NCBI GenBank assembly: GCA_030390025.1
Contig: JASTWF010000033.1
Coordinates: 2,172,001 to 2,236,000 of the forward strand
From: Squalus acanthias
Taxonomy: Eukaryota
Direction of reading: 5' to 3'
DNA: 64,000 bases
Below are positions 36,381 to 49,366 of the stretch, one piece after another. The position numbers and the translations under genes are program-made. The notes beneath the pieces are model-generated. The model saw only the letters and a list, made by a program, of their open reading frames with translations. It ran no database searches and had not been told where the DNA came from. Numbering within the stretch: position 1 is the first letter of the stretch; each line of letters starts with the position of its first letter.

Positions 36381-37949
36381 ATGCAGTGGAGTTCTCCAGG
36401 GGTCGGTAATAGGACCACTACATTACTTGATATATATTAATGACTTGGATTTGGCAGTACAGGGCACTATTTCAAAATTTAAGGATGACTCAAAACCTAG
36501 AAGCATAGTGAACAGTGTGGATGATAGGGATAGACTTCAAGAGGAGATAGACAGGCTGGTGGAATGGGCAGACTCGTGGCAGATGAAATTTAATGCAGAC
36601 AAGTGCGAAGTGATACATTTTGGTAGGAAGAACGAGGAGTTGCAATATATACAGTTCAAAAGGGGGTACAGGAACAGAGAGACCTGGGGCTATCTGTGAA
36701 GAAATCGCTGAAGTTGGCAGGGCAGGTTGAGTAAGCAGTTAATAAAACATACGGATCCTGGTCTTTTCAAATAGAGGCATGGAGTACAAAAACAAGTAAG
36801 TTACGATGAACATTTACAAAACACTGTTTCGGCCTCAACTGGAGTATTGCGCTCAATTCTGGGCACTGCACTTTAGGAATGATGTGAAGGCCTTAGAGAA
36901 GGTGCAGAAAATACTTACAAGAATGGTTCCAGGGATGAGAAACTTCAGGTAAGTGGATAGACTGGAGAAGCTGAGGTTATTCTCCTTGGAGCAGAGAAGA
37001 TTAAGAGAAGATTTGACAGAAATGTTCAAAATCATGAGGAATCTAGTCAGAGTAGAGAAAATTTGTTCCCATTGGTGGAATGGTGGAGAACCAGCGGGCG
37101 CAGATTTAAGATGGCTGGCAGAAGAACCAAAGGCAATGTGTGGAAAAACATTTTTATGCAGCGAGTGGTTTGGATCTGGAATGCACTGCCTGAAAGGATG
37201 CTGGAGTCAGAATCAATCGTAGATTTCCAAAGGGAATTGGATAATAACTGACGGGAAAAAATTGCAGGGTTAATGGAAAGGGCGGTGGAGTGGGATTAGC
37301 TGAAAAGTGGTGGACGCAGATTCAAGACTGAGATTGATCGATTTTTGTTATGTAAGAGTATCAAGTGATCTGGATCAAAGGCAGTAAATGAGGTTGAGTT
37401 GGTCTATTGAATGGTGGAACAGGCTGGAGGGGCTGAACGACCTTGTTTGGTTCATGCATGCCGATGATCTATGAGAGTGAAATTGGTCTGGGCCGGTACC
37501 GCAAAGCGGGAAATAGCAGATTGGAAATGGCTGTTAAACCCCGCCCAATTATATTTCCGTTTAAGTTAAACACCGATTTTAATCTAACCACCCAGCTTTT
37601 ACTGGAGTGTAAAATCAACGCGTGTAAAACGGTCGTCTACTCAAAAATGCCCCCATCCCGCCCGGAGAGTTTAGGGTACAATCGAGCCTGCAGGAAAATC
37701 CGAGTTGTTCTGTAATCATCGCCAGATTTTCCTTTCTGTGCTACACCCTCGTCTGATGTAACACATAGAATTAAAAATAAAGACCTGGAATTGACAGCAA
37801 TTGGGCCCAGCCTGTCCATGACGGTGTTGCTGCTCCACAGGAGCCTTCTCCCACTGTACTTCCTCTAACCCTATTATCACATCCTTCTATTCCTTTCTCC
37901 TGATGTGTTTATCTCGCTGTTTCTTGAATGTAGCATTTATTAGTCATGT

Positions 37950-38060
37950 ATCCCTTTCCCTTTAAACACTGACCTACTCTTTAACAGGCTGGCGGTTTAT
38001 TTATCCCTTTCCCTTTAAAAACTGTCCTCCTCTTTAACTGATTGTCGGTTTATTTGTCTT
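37950..38060. repeat. Two copies of the 53-bp repeat unit also found at 38735-38950
   Basis: ccctttaaacactgacct...tttaacaggctggcggtttatttatccc. Confidence 0.8.
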
Positions 38061-38524
38061 AGATTTATGACCCCAGTTTCGGAGTCCACCACAAGTGGAA
38101 ACATTTTCTCTTCGTCTACCCTATCACCTCTCATTTCTGGAGTTAAAACTCTCAAATTGCACTGGAGAGGAGTTCAATCAAAAGGCATCGACGTAGACAT
38201 GGCTTCTACTGGGCGGGGACTGGGAGATAAACACAGCTGCTTACAGAATATTTAACTGTGATAAGAGTACGTGAAAAAGGCACTTTTAATCAGAGACTCC
38301 TCTAAAGCAGGACTGCATTAGTGCATCAATATGATTGGTGCAAGACGTGAATCCATTTGGTTAGATTAGGAATAAGAAGATTGAGGTTATACATTGCAGA
38401 TGACTAAATTGAATGGTTATGGGGAAAAGGCCGGTAATAGGATTAATTTCGACAGCTCTTTCACTGAGCCGGCACAGGCACAGCGGAACAATTGGCCTCC
38501 TTCTGTGATGTAAAACTTTGAATC

Positions 38525-38700
38525 TAGGAGAGAGACAGTGCAAGCGAAAGAAAGAGGGGAGAGAGAAAGAGAAGAGAAATAATAGAAAGAGAGGGAGATA
38601 GGGAGAAAGTGAAAGAGAGGAGAGAGAGAATGAGAGACAGAGAGTGAGAGAAAGTGAGAGGAGAGACTGTATAAGAGTGTCAAAGAGATAGAGGGAAATA
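38525..38700. repeat. GA-rich low-complexity tract
   Basis: Degenerate (GA)n/(GAAA)n. Confidence 0.85.
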
Positions 38701-38734
38701 TAAATAAAGAATTACAATAAAAGACTGTCGGTAA

Positions 38735-38950
38735 TGTATCCCTTACACTTTAAACACTGACCTCCAGTTTAACAGGCTGACGGTTGATTTATCCCATTCC
38801 CTTTAAACACTGACCTCCCCTTTAAAAGGCTGACGGTTTATTTATCCCTTCCCCATTAAACACTGACCTCCCCTTTAACAGGCTGCCGGTTTATTTATCT
38901 CTTTCCCATTAAACACTGACCTCCCCTTGCATGTGCTGTCGGTTTATTTC
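38735..38950. repeat. 53-bp tandem repeat, ~4 units
   Basis: aaacactgacc recurs at 38752, 38805, 38858 and 38911. Confidence 0.92.
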
Positions 38951-39229
38951 TGTTTCAGTTGGTTAACCGGTCTCTCTCTGGTGTGAAGAAAGACCAAGGT
39001 CCATCGAGTTGCCCTTCTCCCATCCTGGTAGTCGCAACTTACAACGATACTGGGCTTGTTGCCGAATCACAGCGATCAATCATTGAGTCCACAACACAAC
39101 CAGACATGAGGCGAGGAAAACCCCAGTGATGGAGAGATTTCAGAATATGAATTAACAAGTGTGCAGTGTGTTAGATCAGGAGTGTCTGAGCATTTTACCT
39201 TCAAACACCGTGTAACTGTGTGAAGCACA

Positions 39230-39650
39230 TATACAATTTCAATCACTCTCCACACTCACAGTACTCAAAGACGTGCAACCTGCAGGAATTCACCAGGGCA
39301 TTTCATTGCCGGATCTATTAATGCATTCAATGACTGAATCATTTCTCCCCAGGGTGAATTCACCGATGCCCCATCCAGTGACTTGATCTGTAGAATCGTT
39401 TCATACGCACCGCGCATTCAAAGCGTTTACCTCCCGTGTTAACTCGGCGATGTAGGGACCGACAACCGGACACTTTAAATCACTTTCCCCACACGCTATA
39501 CCCAAACTCTCTCTCTCTCCCGTGTGGATCTGCCGATACCTTATGAAGGCTGAAAACGCGTAATATTGTTTCTTACACAATATACATTCAAACAGTCTCT
39601 CTCCAGTGTGAATCCATTGAATCTTTCTCACATCGCTGTATCCTTACAAT
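39230..39650 (-). pseudogene. Decayed tandem C2H2 zinc-finger array
   Basis: Minus-strand IHTGERLFECILCKK...RQIHTGER, then in a shifted frame HTGGKRFECAV...HR*IHPGEK*. TGEK-like linkers are present, but Cys/His ligands are lost and there are stops and frameshifts. Confidence 0.8.
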
Positions 39651-39654
39651 GTAC

Positions 39655-40625
39655 TGTACAATCATAGAATCATACAGTACGGAAGGAGGCCATTAGGCTT
39701 ATGGTGCCTGTGCCGGCTCTTTCAAAGAGCAAATTAGTCCCACTCCCCCGCTTCTTCCCCATAGCCCTGCAATGATTGCGTTTTCAAGTACCGATCCAAT
39801 TCCCTTTTGAAAGTTACATAGAATTTCATAGAATTTACAGCACAGAAACAGGCCATTCGACACAACAGGTCGACGCTGGTGTTTATGCTCCATTCCAGCC
39901 TTCTTTCAACGTAATTCATCTCATCCTATCAAACTTTCCTTCTATCCCTCTCTCCTGTATTTACTAATCTAGCTTCTCCTTAACGGTATCTGTGCTAATA
40001 ACCCCAAGCACTCCTTGTGGTGGCGATTTACACATTCTCACGAATAAAAAAGTTTCTTCTGAATTGCGTGTTGGATTTCTTACTGAACCTTTTATATTAT
40101 TTTCCCCTAGTTTAGGACTCCCCTACAACTGGAAAAAACTGCTCTACATCCTCCCTATCGAATCCCTTCATAATCTCCAAAGACTTCCAAAATTTCGCCT
40201 CTCAGTCTTCTATTTTCTAGAGAAAAGAACCCCAGCCTGTTCAGTTAGTTGTATCCTGTCAGTTCTGGTATCATCCTTGTTAATCTTGTTTTCACCTTCT
40301 CCAGTGTGTTTATATCCTTGTTGTAATATTGAAACCTGAACTGTCTACAGTATTCTAAGTGTTCAATAGAATGCCAACATAAATTCTCTGCTTTCGAAGT
40401 CAATTAATCTAGAATTTAATCCAATGTGTTTTATTGCACATTTTATGGTTCTGTTCACCTGAGTTGACACTTTTCATGATTTGTTGATTTGGACCACTGG
40501 ATATTTTTGCGCCCCTACCCCATTTAAATTTAATTTTCCATGGTTTATGTGGCCTCCATATTCCTCCTAACAAAATGCACCACCTCACAATTATCTATAT
40601 TGAAAATAATTTGCCTTTTACTGAT
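39655..40625 (-). mobile_element. CR1 3' tail(s) plus old CR1 3' fragment (continues at 42520-42890)
   Basis: catagaatcata tails at 39660 and 39817-39835. RT C-terminal remnants. The minus-strand frame KFANKTKLGG at 42520-42680 continues the same element. Confidence 0.78.
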
Positions 40626-42518
40626 CCATTGATAAAGAAAGGGAAAATGGAATATGAGCACAAACTTGCGAAAAATATAAAAACGGATTGTAAAAGCTTC
40701 TATATGTATGTGAAAAGGAAAAGACTGGCGAAGGTAAATGTAGGTCCTTTACAGTCAGAGACGGTAGAATTTATAATGGGAATGAGGAAATGGGAAGGAA
40801 ATTAAATAAATACTTTGTTTCTGTCTTCACGGAGGAAGACACAAAAAACCTCCCACAAATACGAGAAAAGCAAGTATGAGGAACTTAAAGAAATTATTAT
40901 TAGTAAGAAAAACAGTACTAGCAAAATTAATGGGACTAAAAGTTGATAGATCCCAAGCACCGGATGACACACATCCTAGGGTTTTGAAAGAGGTGGCCAT
41001 TGGAATAGTGAACTTGTCATCTTCCAAAATACTATAGATTCTGGAATGGTTCCTGCAGATTTTTGGATAGCAAATGTAACCCCGCTATTTTTGAAAGGAG
41101 GGAGAGAGAAAACGGGGAACGACAGAACTGTTAGCTTCACATCAGTAGTTGGGAAAATGCTGGAATCTATTATAAAGGATGCAATAACTGGGCACTTAGA
41201 AACTAATAGTAAGATTGGGCAGAGTCAACATGGATTTATGAAATTGAAATCAAGTTTAAGAAACCTATTGGAGTTCTTTGAGGATGTAACTAGTGGAGTC
41301 GACAAAGGGGAACCGGTAGATGTGGTGTATTTGGATTTTCAGAAGTCCTTCGATAAGATCCCACACAAGAGATTGGTGAACAAAATTAGAGCACATGGAA
41401 TTGGGGCAATATACTAGCATGGATTGGGAATTGTTTAACAGATAGAAAACAAATAGTAGGGACAAACGGGTCATTTTCAGGATGGCAGGCCGTAATTAGT
41501 GGGGTACCACAACGATCGGTGCTTGGGCCCCAACTATTCACATTCTATATCAATGATTTGGATGAGGGGACTAATTGTAACATTTCCAAAAATTCTCATG
41601 ATACAAAGCTAGGTGGCAGTGTCAGTTGTGAAGAGGATGTGAAGAGGCTTCAGAGGGATCGCGACAGGCTCAGTGAGTGGGCGAGAACATGGTCGATGGA
41701 ATATAATGTGGATAAATGTGAAGTTATCCTCTTTGGTGGAAAAAACAGAAAGGCAGAGTATTTCCTCAATGGTGAAGGACTCGGGAATGCAGATGCTCAA
41801 AGGGACCTGGGTGTTCTTGTACATGAGTCACTGAAAGTGAATGTGCAGGTGCAGCAAACCATGAGGAAGGCAAATGGTATGCTGGTCTTCATTACAAGTG
41901 TATTTGAGTACTGGAGTAAAAAAGCCTTTCTCCAATTATATAGGGCCTTGGTGAGACCACACCTGGAGTACTGTGTACAATTTTGGTCTCCTTACCTAAA
42001 GAAGGATATACTTGCCATAGATGGAGTGCAGCGAAGGTTCACGAAATTGATTCCTGGGATGGCGGGACTGTCGTATGAGAAGATATTGAGTAAATTAGGC
42101 CTGTATTCTCTTGAATTCAGAAGAATTAGAGAGGATCTCATTGAAGCATACAAAATGATTACAGGGCTTGATAGGGTGAATGCTGGGAGAATGTTTCCCT
42201 TGACTGGGGAGTCTAGAACCAGGGGCCAGAGACTCAGGATAAAAGGTAAGCCATTCAGGACTGAGATGAGAAGAAATTTCTTCACATGGAGGGTGGTGAA
42301 TCTTTGGAATTCTCTACCCCAGAGGGCTGTGGATGCTCAGTCATTGGATATATTCACAACAGAAGTCGATGGATTTCTGACTAGTAAGGGAATCAAGGGA
42401 TATGGCGAAAGGACTGGTGAATGAAGTGGAGGCAGAAGATCAGCCATGATCTCATTGAATGGCGGAGCAGGGTCGAATGGCCGACTCCTGCTCCTATTTC
42501 TTATGTTCTTATGTTCTT
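40626..42518 (+). mobile_element. 5'-truncated CR1 with disrupted ORF2 and 3' tail
   Basis: ANVTPLF, QHGF, DFQKSFDKIPH, LGPQLF, RPHLEYCVQFWSP, LWNSLP. Tail ttcttatgttcttatgtt. Confidence 0.93.
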
Positions 42519-43569
42519 GTACTTCAAGTTTATTAATGTGCTCTTTTATTTTGTGGCAGTCTTCCTCAGTATTAACTAAACCCCCCAATTTGGTTTTATT
42601 AGCGAATTTTGATAATGTGTTTCCGATTCTAGAGAACAAATCAATTATGCAAAGGTGAACAGCAGCCGTCCCAGCATTGATCAATTTTAAACACCACGTC
42701 CGTTCTTCAGTGAATCAGAGAAAGTAACTTTGACCATTATTCTCTATTTTGTAGCCCGTTTGCTATCCATTGTGCCACTTGTCCCCCTAACGCCGCTGGC
42801 TCTGACATTAGTCACGAGTTCAATATGAGGTATCTTATCAAAGGGCTTTTGAAATTCCCTGTATATTACATGCCCAATGTTAACCCATTCTATTCTTTGA
42901 ACTGAGCAATGTAACTATTCAATATTTCTGCAATTTCAATATCCTTTCTGGCAAAGACACGGTGGGCCGAATGGCCCACTTCAGTGCTGTAAATTTATTT
43001 GATTATCTGTGAGTTTGTATTGTGCAGCCGTTAGCGGCCTTATCGCCATCGTAAGTTTTGCTTCTGTTATGTATGTGTTTGTTTCGTAATTCCTCTTGTA
43101 TTTCCTGATTGTTTTATGACTTATATCCTAACGTGTTACTATTCTCATTTTTCATCCACTCCTTTTTGTCTATGTACTTAGTGTATTTTTTTAAATTTCA
43201 ATTTTACCCTTACCTCTTTATTCATCCATGCTCTCTCATTATTGAATAGTCTGGTCTGTGTTTTAACGGAATAAACATATCACAATTTTTTATATCATAT
43301 TGTAAATATTTTCCACAGCTCTTTGTCAGTATTTTTTCCAGTTTACTGGTCCTATTTCCAATCTCATCCCCTCATAAGTTGTTTCTACCCATTCTATTAC
43401 TTTGTCTTACAAAAGTCTTCCGCAATCATTATATTAAACCTTATTAGTTGTGATCGCCTTTGCCTATATGCTCGCCCTACACTTACTTCTGTTGCCTGAT
43501 TTGGTCCATTTACCATTGCTACATCCAGCAGTCTTTCATTTCTTGTTTGGCTTCGTACGTCCTGATTAA

Positions 43570-44815
43570 GAAAGAAACATAGAAACATAGAAGATAGGAG
43601 CAGGAGTAGGCCATTCGGCCCCTCGAGCCTGCTCCGCCATTTAATGACAGCATGGCTGATCATCCAAATTCAGTACCCTGTCCCTGCTTTCTCCCCATAT
43701 CCCTTGATCCCTTTAGCCTTAAGAAATATATCTAACTTCTTCTTGAATATATTTAATGAATTGGCCTCAACTGCCTTCTGTGGTAGAGAATTCCAAAGGT
43801 TCACCACTCTCTGGGAGAAGAAATTCCTCCTCCTCTCAGTCCTAAATGGCTTACCCCTTATCGTTAGACTGTGACCCCTGGTTCTGGACTCCCCCGCCAT
43901 CGGGAACATCCTTCCTGAATCTAGTCTGTCTAGTCCTGTTAGAATTTTATAAGTTTCAATGAGATCCCCTCTCATTCTTCTAAACTCTAGTGAATAAAAG
44001 CTCAATCGACCCAATCTCTCTTCATATGTCATCGCTGCCATCCCAGGTATCAGTCTGGTGAATCTTCGCTGCACTCCCTCCATGGCAAGAACATCCTTCC
44101 TCAGATAAGGCGACCAAAACTGCACACAATACTCAAGGTGTGGTCTCACCAAGGCCCTGTACAACAGCAGCAAGATATCGTTGCTCCTGTACTCGAATCC
44201 TCCCGCTATGAAGGCCAACATACCATTTGCCTTCTTAACCGTCTGCTGCACCTGCATGCTTACCTTCAACGACTGGTGCAGAAGGAGTCCCAGGTTTCAT
44301 AGCACTTCCTCTTTTCCCAATCGATTGCAATTCAGATTATAATCTGCCTTCCTGTTTTTGCCACCAAAGTGGATAACCTCGCATTTATTCAGATTATACT
44401 GCATCTGCCATGCATCTGCCCAATCACCAAACGTGTCCAAATCATACTGGAGTTTATCTGCATCCTCCTCGCAACACATACGCCCACCCAGCGTTGTGTC
44501 GTCTGCAAACTTGGAGATATTACAACTCGTTCCCACGTTTTGATCATTTATATATATTGTGAATAACTGGGGTCCTAGCACCAATCCCTGCGGTACCCCA
44601 CTAGTCACTGCCTGACATTCGGAAAAATACACGTTTATTCCAACTCTTTGCTTCCTGTCTGCCAACCAGTTCTCTATCCAAGTCAGTACCTTACCCCCAA
44701 TCCCATGTGCTTTAACTTTGCACGCCAATCTCTTATGCAGGACCTGATCGAAAGCCTTCTGAAAGTCCAAATACACCACATCCACTGGTTCTCCCTTATC
44801 TATTCTACCAGTTAC
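43570..44815 (-). mobile_element. Young CR1 3' portion
   Basis: ORFs 43670-44269 and 44297-44815 with GVPQG, KFADDT, RPHLEYCVQFWSP. (CTATGTTT)n tail at 43570-43590. Confidence 0.95.
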
Positions 44816-47618
44816 ATAGAAACATAGAAGATAGGAGCAGGAGTAGGCCATTCGGCCCCTCGAGCCTGCCCCGCCATTCGATGAGATCATGGCTGATCAT
44901 CTAAACTCAGTACCCTGTACCTGCCTTCTCCCCATATCCCTTGATACCTTTAGCTTTAAGAAATATATCTAACTCATCCTTGAATATATTTAATGACTTG
45001 GCCTCAACTACCTTCTGTGGTAGAGAATTCCACAGGTTCACCACTCTCTGGGTGAAGAAATTCTTCCTCATTTCTGTCCTAAATGGTTTACCCGTTATCC
45101 GTAGATTATGACCCCTGGTTCTGGACTCTCCGACCATCGGGAACATTCTTACTGCATCTCGTTTGTCCAGACCTGTCAGAATTTTATATGTTTCGATGAG
45201 ATCCCCTCTCATTCTTCTATACTCCAGCGAGTATAAGCCCAATCGACCCAATCTCTCCTCATATGTCATTCCTGCCATCCCAGGTATCAGCCTTGTGAAT
45301 CTTCGCTGAACTCCTTCCATGGCAAGAACATCCTTCCTCAGATAAGGCGACCAAAACTGCACACAGTACTCAAGGTGTGGTCTCACCAAGGCCCTGTACA
45401 ACTGCAGCAGGACATCCCTGTTCCTATACTCAAACCCTTTCGCTATGAAGGCCAACATACCATTTGCCTTCTTCACCGTCTGCTGCACCTGCATGCTTAC
45501 TTTCAGCAACTGGTGCACAAGGACACCCAGGTCTCGTTGCACTTCCCCTTCTCCCAATCTATTGCCATTCAGATAATAGTCTGCCTTTCTGTTTTTGACA
45601 CCAAAGTGGATAACCTCGCACTTATCCACGTTATATTGCATCTGCCACGCTTCTGCCCACTCACCCAACCTGTCCAGATCATCCTGGAGTTTCTCGCTAT
45701 CCTCCTCGCTGCACACACTCCCACCCAGCTTTGTGTAATCTGCAAACTTGGAGATATTACATTTAATTCCCTTATCTAGATCATTAATGTATATTGTGAA
45801 TAGCTGGGGTCCAAGGACCGATCCCTGCGGTACCCCACTAGTCACTGCTTGCCACTCGGAAAAAGACCCATTAATTCCTACTCTCTGCTTTCTGTCCGCC
45901 AACCAGTTCTCTATCCAAGTCAATACCTTGCCCCCAATCCCATGTGCCTTAACTTTACCCGCTAATCTCTTATGCGGGACCTTATCGAAAGCCTTTTGAA
46001 AGTCCAAATACACTACATCTACTGGTTCTCCCTTATCTATTTTCCCAGTTACATCCTCAAAAAATTCCAGTAGATTAGTCAAGCACGATTTACCTTTTGT
46101 AAATCCATGTTGACTTTGTCCGATCCTGTCACTGATTTTCAAATGCTCAGCTATTACATCCTTTATAATGGACTCTAGCATTTTCCCCACTACCGATGTC
46201 AGGTTACCGGTCTGTAATTCCCCGCTTTCTCTCTACCACCCTTTTTGAATAGTGGGGTAACATTAGCTACCCTCCAATCCATGGGTACAGTTCCAGATTC
46301 CATCGAATGTTGGAAGATGATCAGCAATGCATCTACTATTTCTAGGGCCACTTCCTTAAGTACCCTAGGATGTAGATTATCAGGCCCTGGGGATTTATCG
46401 GCCTTCAATACCGTCAATTTCCCTAACACCATTTCCCTGCAAATACTGATTTCTTTCAGTTCCTCCCTTTCATCAGACCGTATGTTCTCCAACATCTCTG
46501 GGAGGTTATTTGTGTCCTCCTTTGTGAAGACAGAACCAAAATATGCATTTAATTGGGCAGCCATTTCTTCGTTCCCCATTATAACTTCCCCCGCTTCTGA
46601 CTGCAAGGGACCTACACTTGATTTCACTAATCTTTTTCTCTTCACATATCTATAAAAGCTCTTACAGTCAGTTTTTATGTTCCCAGCAAGCTTTCTTTCA
46701 TATTCTATTTTCCCCTTCTTTATTAATCCCTTTGTCCTCCTTTGTTGAATCCTAAACTGCTCCCAATCCTCAGGGCTACCGCTTTTTCTGGCCAATTTAT
46801 ATGCCCTCTCCTTGGATCTTATGCAATCCCTAATTTCCCTTGTTAGCCACGGTTGAGTCACCTTTTTTGTTTTATTTTTATGCCAAACAGGGATGTACAA
46901 GTTCTGTAGTTCATCCATGCGATCTTTGAATGTTTGCCATTGCCGATGCACCGACAACCCTTTAAGTAACGCTCTCCAATCCATCCTAGCCAATTTGCGC
47001 CTCATACCATCGTAGTTTCCTTTATTTAAATTCAGGACCCTAGTCTCTGAGTCAACTAATTCACTCTCCTATTTAATGAAGAATTCTATCATATTATGAT
47101 CGCTCCTCCCCAAGGTTACTCGCACAACAAGATTGCTAATTCATCCTGTCTCATTACATAATACCCAGTCTAAATGGCCTGATCTCTAGTTGGTTCCTCG
47201 ATATATTGGTCCAGGAAACCATCCCGTATACACTCTAGGAATTCCTCCTCCACAATATTGTTACTAATTTGGTTAGCCCAACCTATATGTAGATTAAATT
47301 CACCCATGATAACTGCTATGCCCTTATTGCACGCATCTCTAATTTCCCGTTTAATGCCATCCCCGACCTCAGAATTACTGTTTGGGGGTCTGTATGCAAC
47401 TCTCACTAACGTTTTCTGCCCCTTGGTATTTCTCAGCTCTACCCATACAGATTCCACATCATCAGAGCTAATATCCCTCCTTACTATTGTGTTAATCTCC
47501 TCTTTAACCAGCAATGCTACCCCACCTCCTTTTCCTTTGTGCCTGTCCCTCCTGAATATTTAATACACCTGGATGTTGAATTCCCAGCCTTGGTCACCTT
47601 GGAGCCAGGTCTCCGTAA
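44813..47618 (-). mobile_element. Young CR1 with most of ORF2 (APE C-terminal part, linker, RT) and 3' tail
   Basis: ORFs 47170-47514, 46199-47005 and 44907-46190 (427 aa). Nearly identical to 34893-36380. Confidence 0.96.
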
Positions 47619-48021
47619 TTCTGTACAAACCATAAAAACTGCATTCCATTTTCTGTTTATATCTTAATGTTTCATATCTCATTTCTTTCTACTACGATTA
47701 TGTTATTTCTGATTAGTACATCTAGTGAGCGCGGGGACGAAATTAAAGGAAGACAAAGAGAGGAAGATGAATACAGGAAACGCAACTAGAAGTGAATAAG
47801 TGAGAAATAGTTATAACAAGAAACAAGAGGAGAGGTTGAAAGAGAAATAGGGAGTTCAGAGATACAGAAATAGAGACAGAATAGGACAATTAGAGGTTAC
47901 AGCTGTGCGGCAGGAGGACCTAACAATATAAAAAACATAAGCTCACATGGTTCATAGAAAGCCAACATTAGAAAGTGCCAGTTGACAAGTAAGGAGTCGT
48001 ACGGTTCAATAAATCATCATG

Positions 48022-48027
48022 TTTATT
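48022..48027 (-). promoter_or_regulatory. Candidate polyadenylation signal for the GPCR gene
   Basis: AATAAA on the minus strand ~430 bp downstream of the stop codon. A second AATAAA lies at ~48093. Confidence 0.4.
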
Positions 48028-48452
48028 TATTAATATTCAAAAACTTCCTTCAGTTTGTGATTGTTCTTTCCTTCAATACATAAATATGATGGTTTATTTT
48101 TAAAAATGTATCTCTAAACTGTATCTCATGTTCTCTACACTAAAGCTCAGCTCCGTCTGTCTCCCTGATGTGCAGATATCACTGTGGATGAGACACACGG
48201 ATTGTTGCATGAAATGGATGAACTGACTAACACAGGAGCTCAGCTGAAACTCAACAAAAGAGCTGCCCTGCACGTGAAACACAAATGGCGGAGCAGCCAA
48301 TCAAAATAGAGACCTGACCCGGAACCCAATTTCTAACTTGTCCCTGAATGTAATGCAGATATCGAGCGAGTCCTGCTGCAATTCAGCAGAGGGACATCTA
48401 GGGATCAATATTAGATTAACGAACTCAAAGCACTCGGTACCACCTTCCGGGC

Positions 48453-49366
48453 TTAGCTCAGTTGTTTTTTATTAATTAATCTAATAATCAGGGTAACGGG
48501 ATATTTCACCGCGCTCTTGAACTGTTCTCTGAACTTGGTCTGAGTCACCCCGTAAATAAATGTGTTTGTGCAGGAACTTAAATTCTGCAGCATCATTCCG
48601 ACTTGTACAAAAATAATTAATGAATCATTGTAATCTAAGTAATTTGTTCCTGCAATTATATAAGATAAGAATTCTATAACAGATGGCAACCACAAAAGTA
48701 TTAAGCTGCCGGAAATTGTGCAGAGTAAAATGACGGACTTCCTTCTGCTCTCCATCTCTGGGTCACTGCCATTCTCTCCCTTGCTCTGACCCTTCAGTCC
48801 CTTACGGACACGATTGGCCACTAAAATGTGTCTGATGGTCAGAGCGTTGAGCAGCAAAATTAAAGCGAATGGGAGAAATGGGACTAAAACCGTATCAAAC
48901 CAATCGAATGCCACCCATCCGGGCTCAGTAAAATAGCTTGGTTTTATAATACAAAACCACGGTACATTGTCGATGATCTCCTTAGGTTCATAGATAAAGT
49001 ACCAAGTAGCACTTTTCAAACTCAGCAGAATGCAGGTTGTTGCTATAACCACAGTTGCAGTTTCCTTGGTGCAATATTTTGCTTTCTGCTTTTGGCAGCA
49101 AATAGCAACAAAGCGATCAAAGGAGAACGTGACTGTTAACCAGACTGAACTGTCTCTGGATGCACGAGTCAGGGCAGCGATAACACTGCATACAGGGGTG
49201 ATGGACAGGAAAGATCCCGGGTAAAGATAATAACTGATCCGAAGCAATATGACCTCATTGATAATGATCAGTAGATCGGTAACCACCATTCCCAGCAGGT
49301 AGCGAGTGATACATTCGGAGAGCCCGCACTTTGCTCTGGACAGGATCACAATCGCAATCACGTTAA
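48453..49366 (-). CDS. Main (terminal) coding exon of a class A GPCR, GPR139/GPR142-like; the N-terminus and first half of TM1 lie on an upstream exon not located here
   Basis: Uninterrupted frame (V)NVIAIVILSR...YLLGMVVTDLL (TM2), SVWLTVTFSFDRFVAICC (TM3, DRY-like), VPFLPFALILLLNALTIRHI (TM5), LLWLP (TM6), SCTNTFIY (TM7). Polypyrimidine acceptor ccccttctctctcttacag at 49367-49385, phase 1. Stop at 48453-48455. Confidence 0.9.

Larger units (their letters stand above)
29650..37320 (+). mobile_element. Near full-length degenerate CR1 (5'UTR, ORF1, ORF2, 3' end), split by three nested insertions
   Basis: ORF1 remnants CRKCRQLEECELRLSE, MVCCLHGARVKDV, VVVHIGINNIG (30397-31140). ORF2 remnants at 31190-32006, 32907-33208, 34240-34873 and 36381-37250 are colinear across the inserts. 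Confidence 0.85.

Noticed and set aside
37477..37715. Possible second Harbinger-like MITE
   Set aside because: One end resembles such termini (gagagtgaaattggtc), but I could not identify a matching TIR or TSD.
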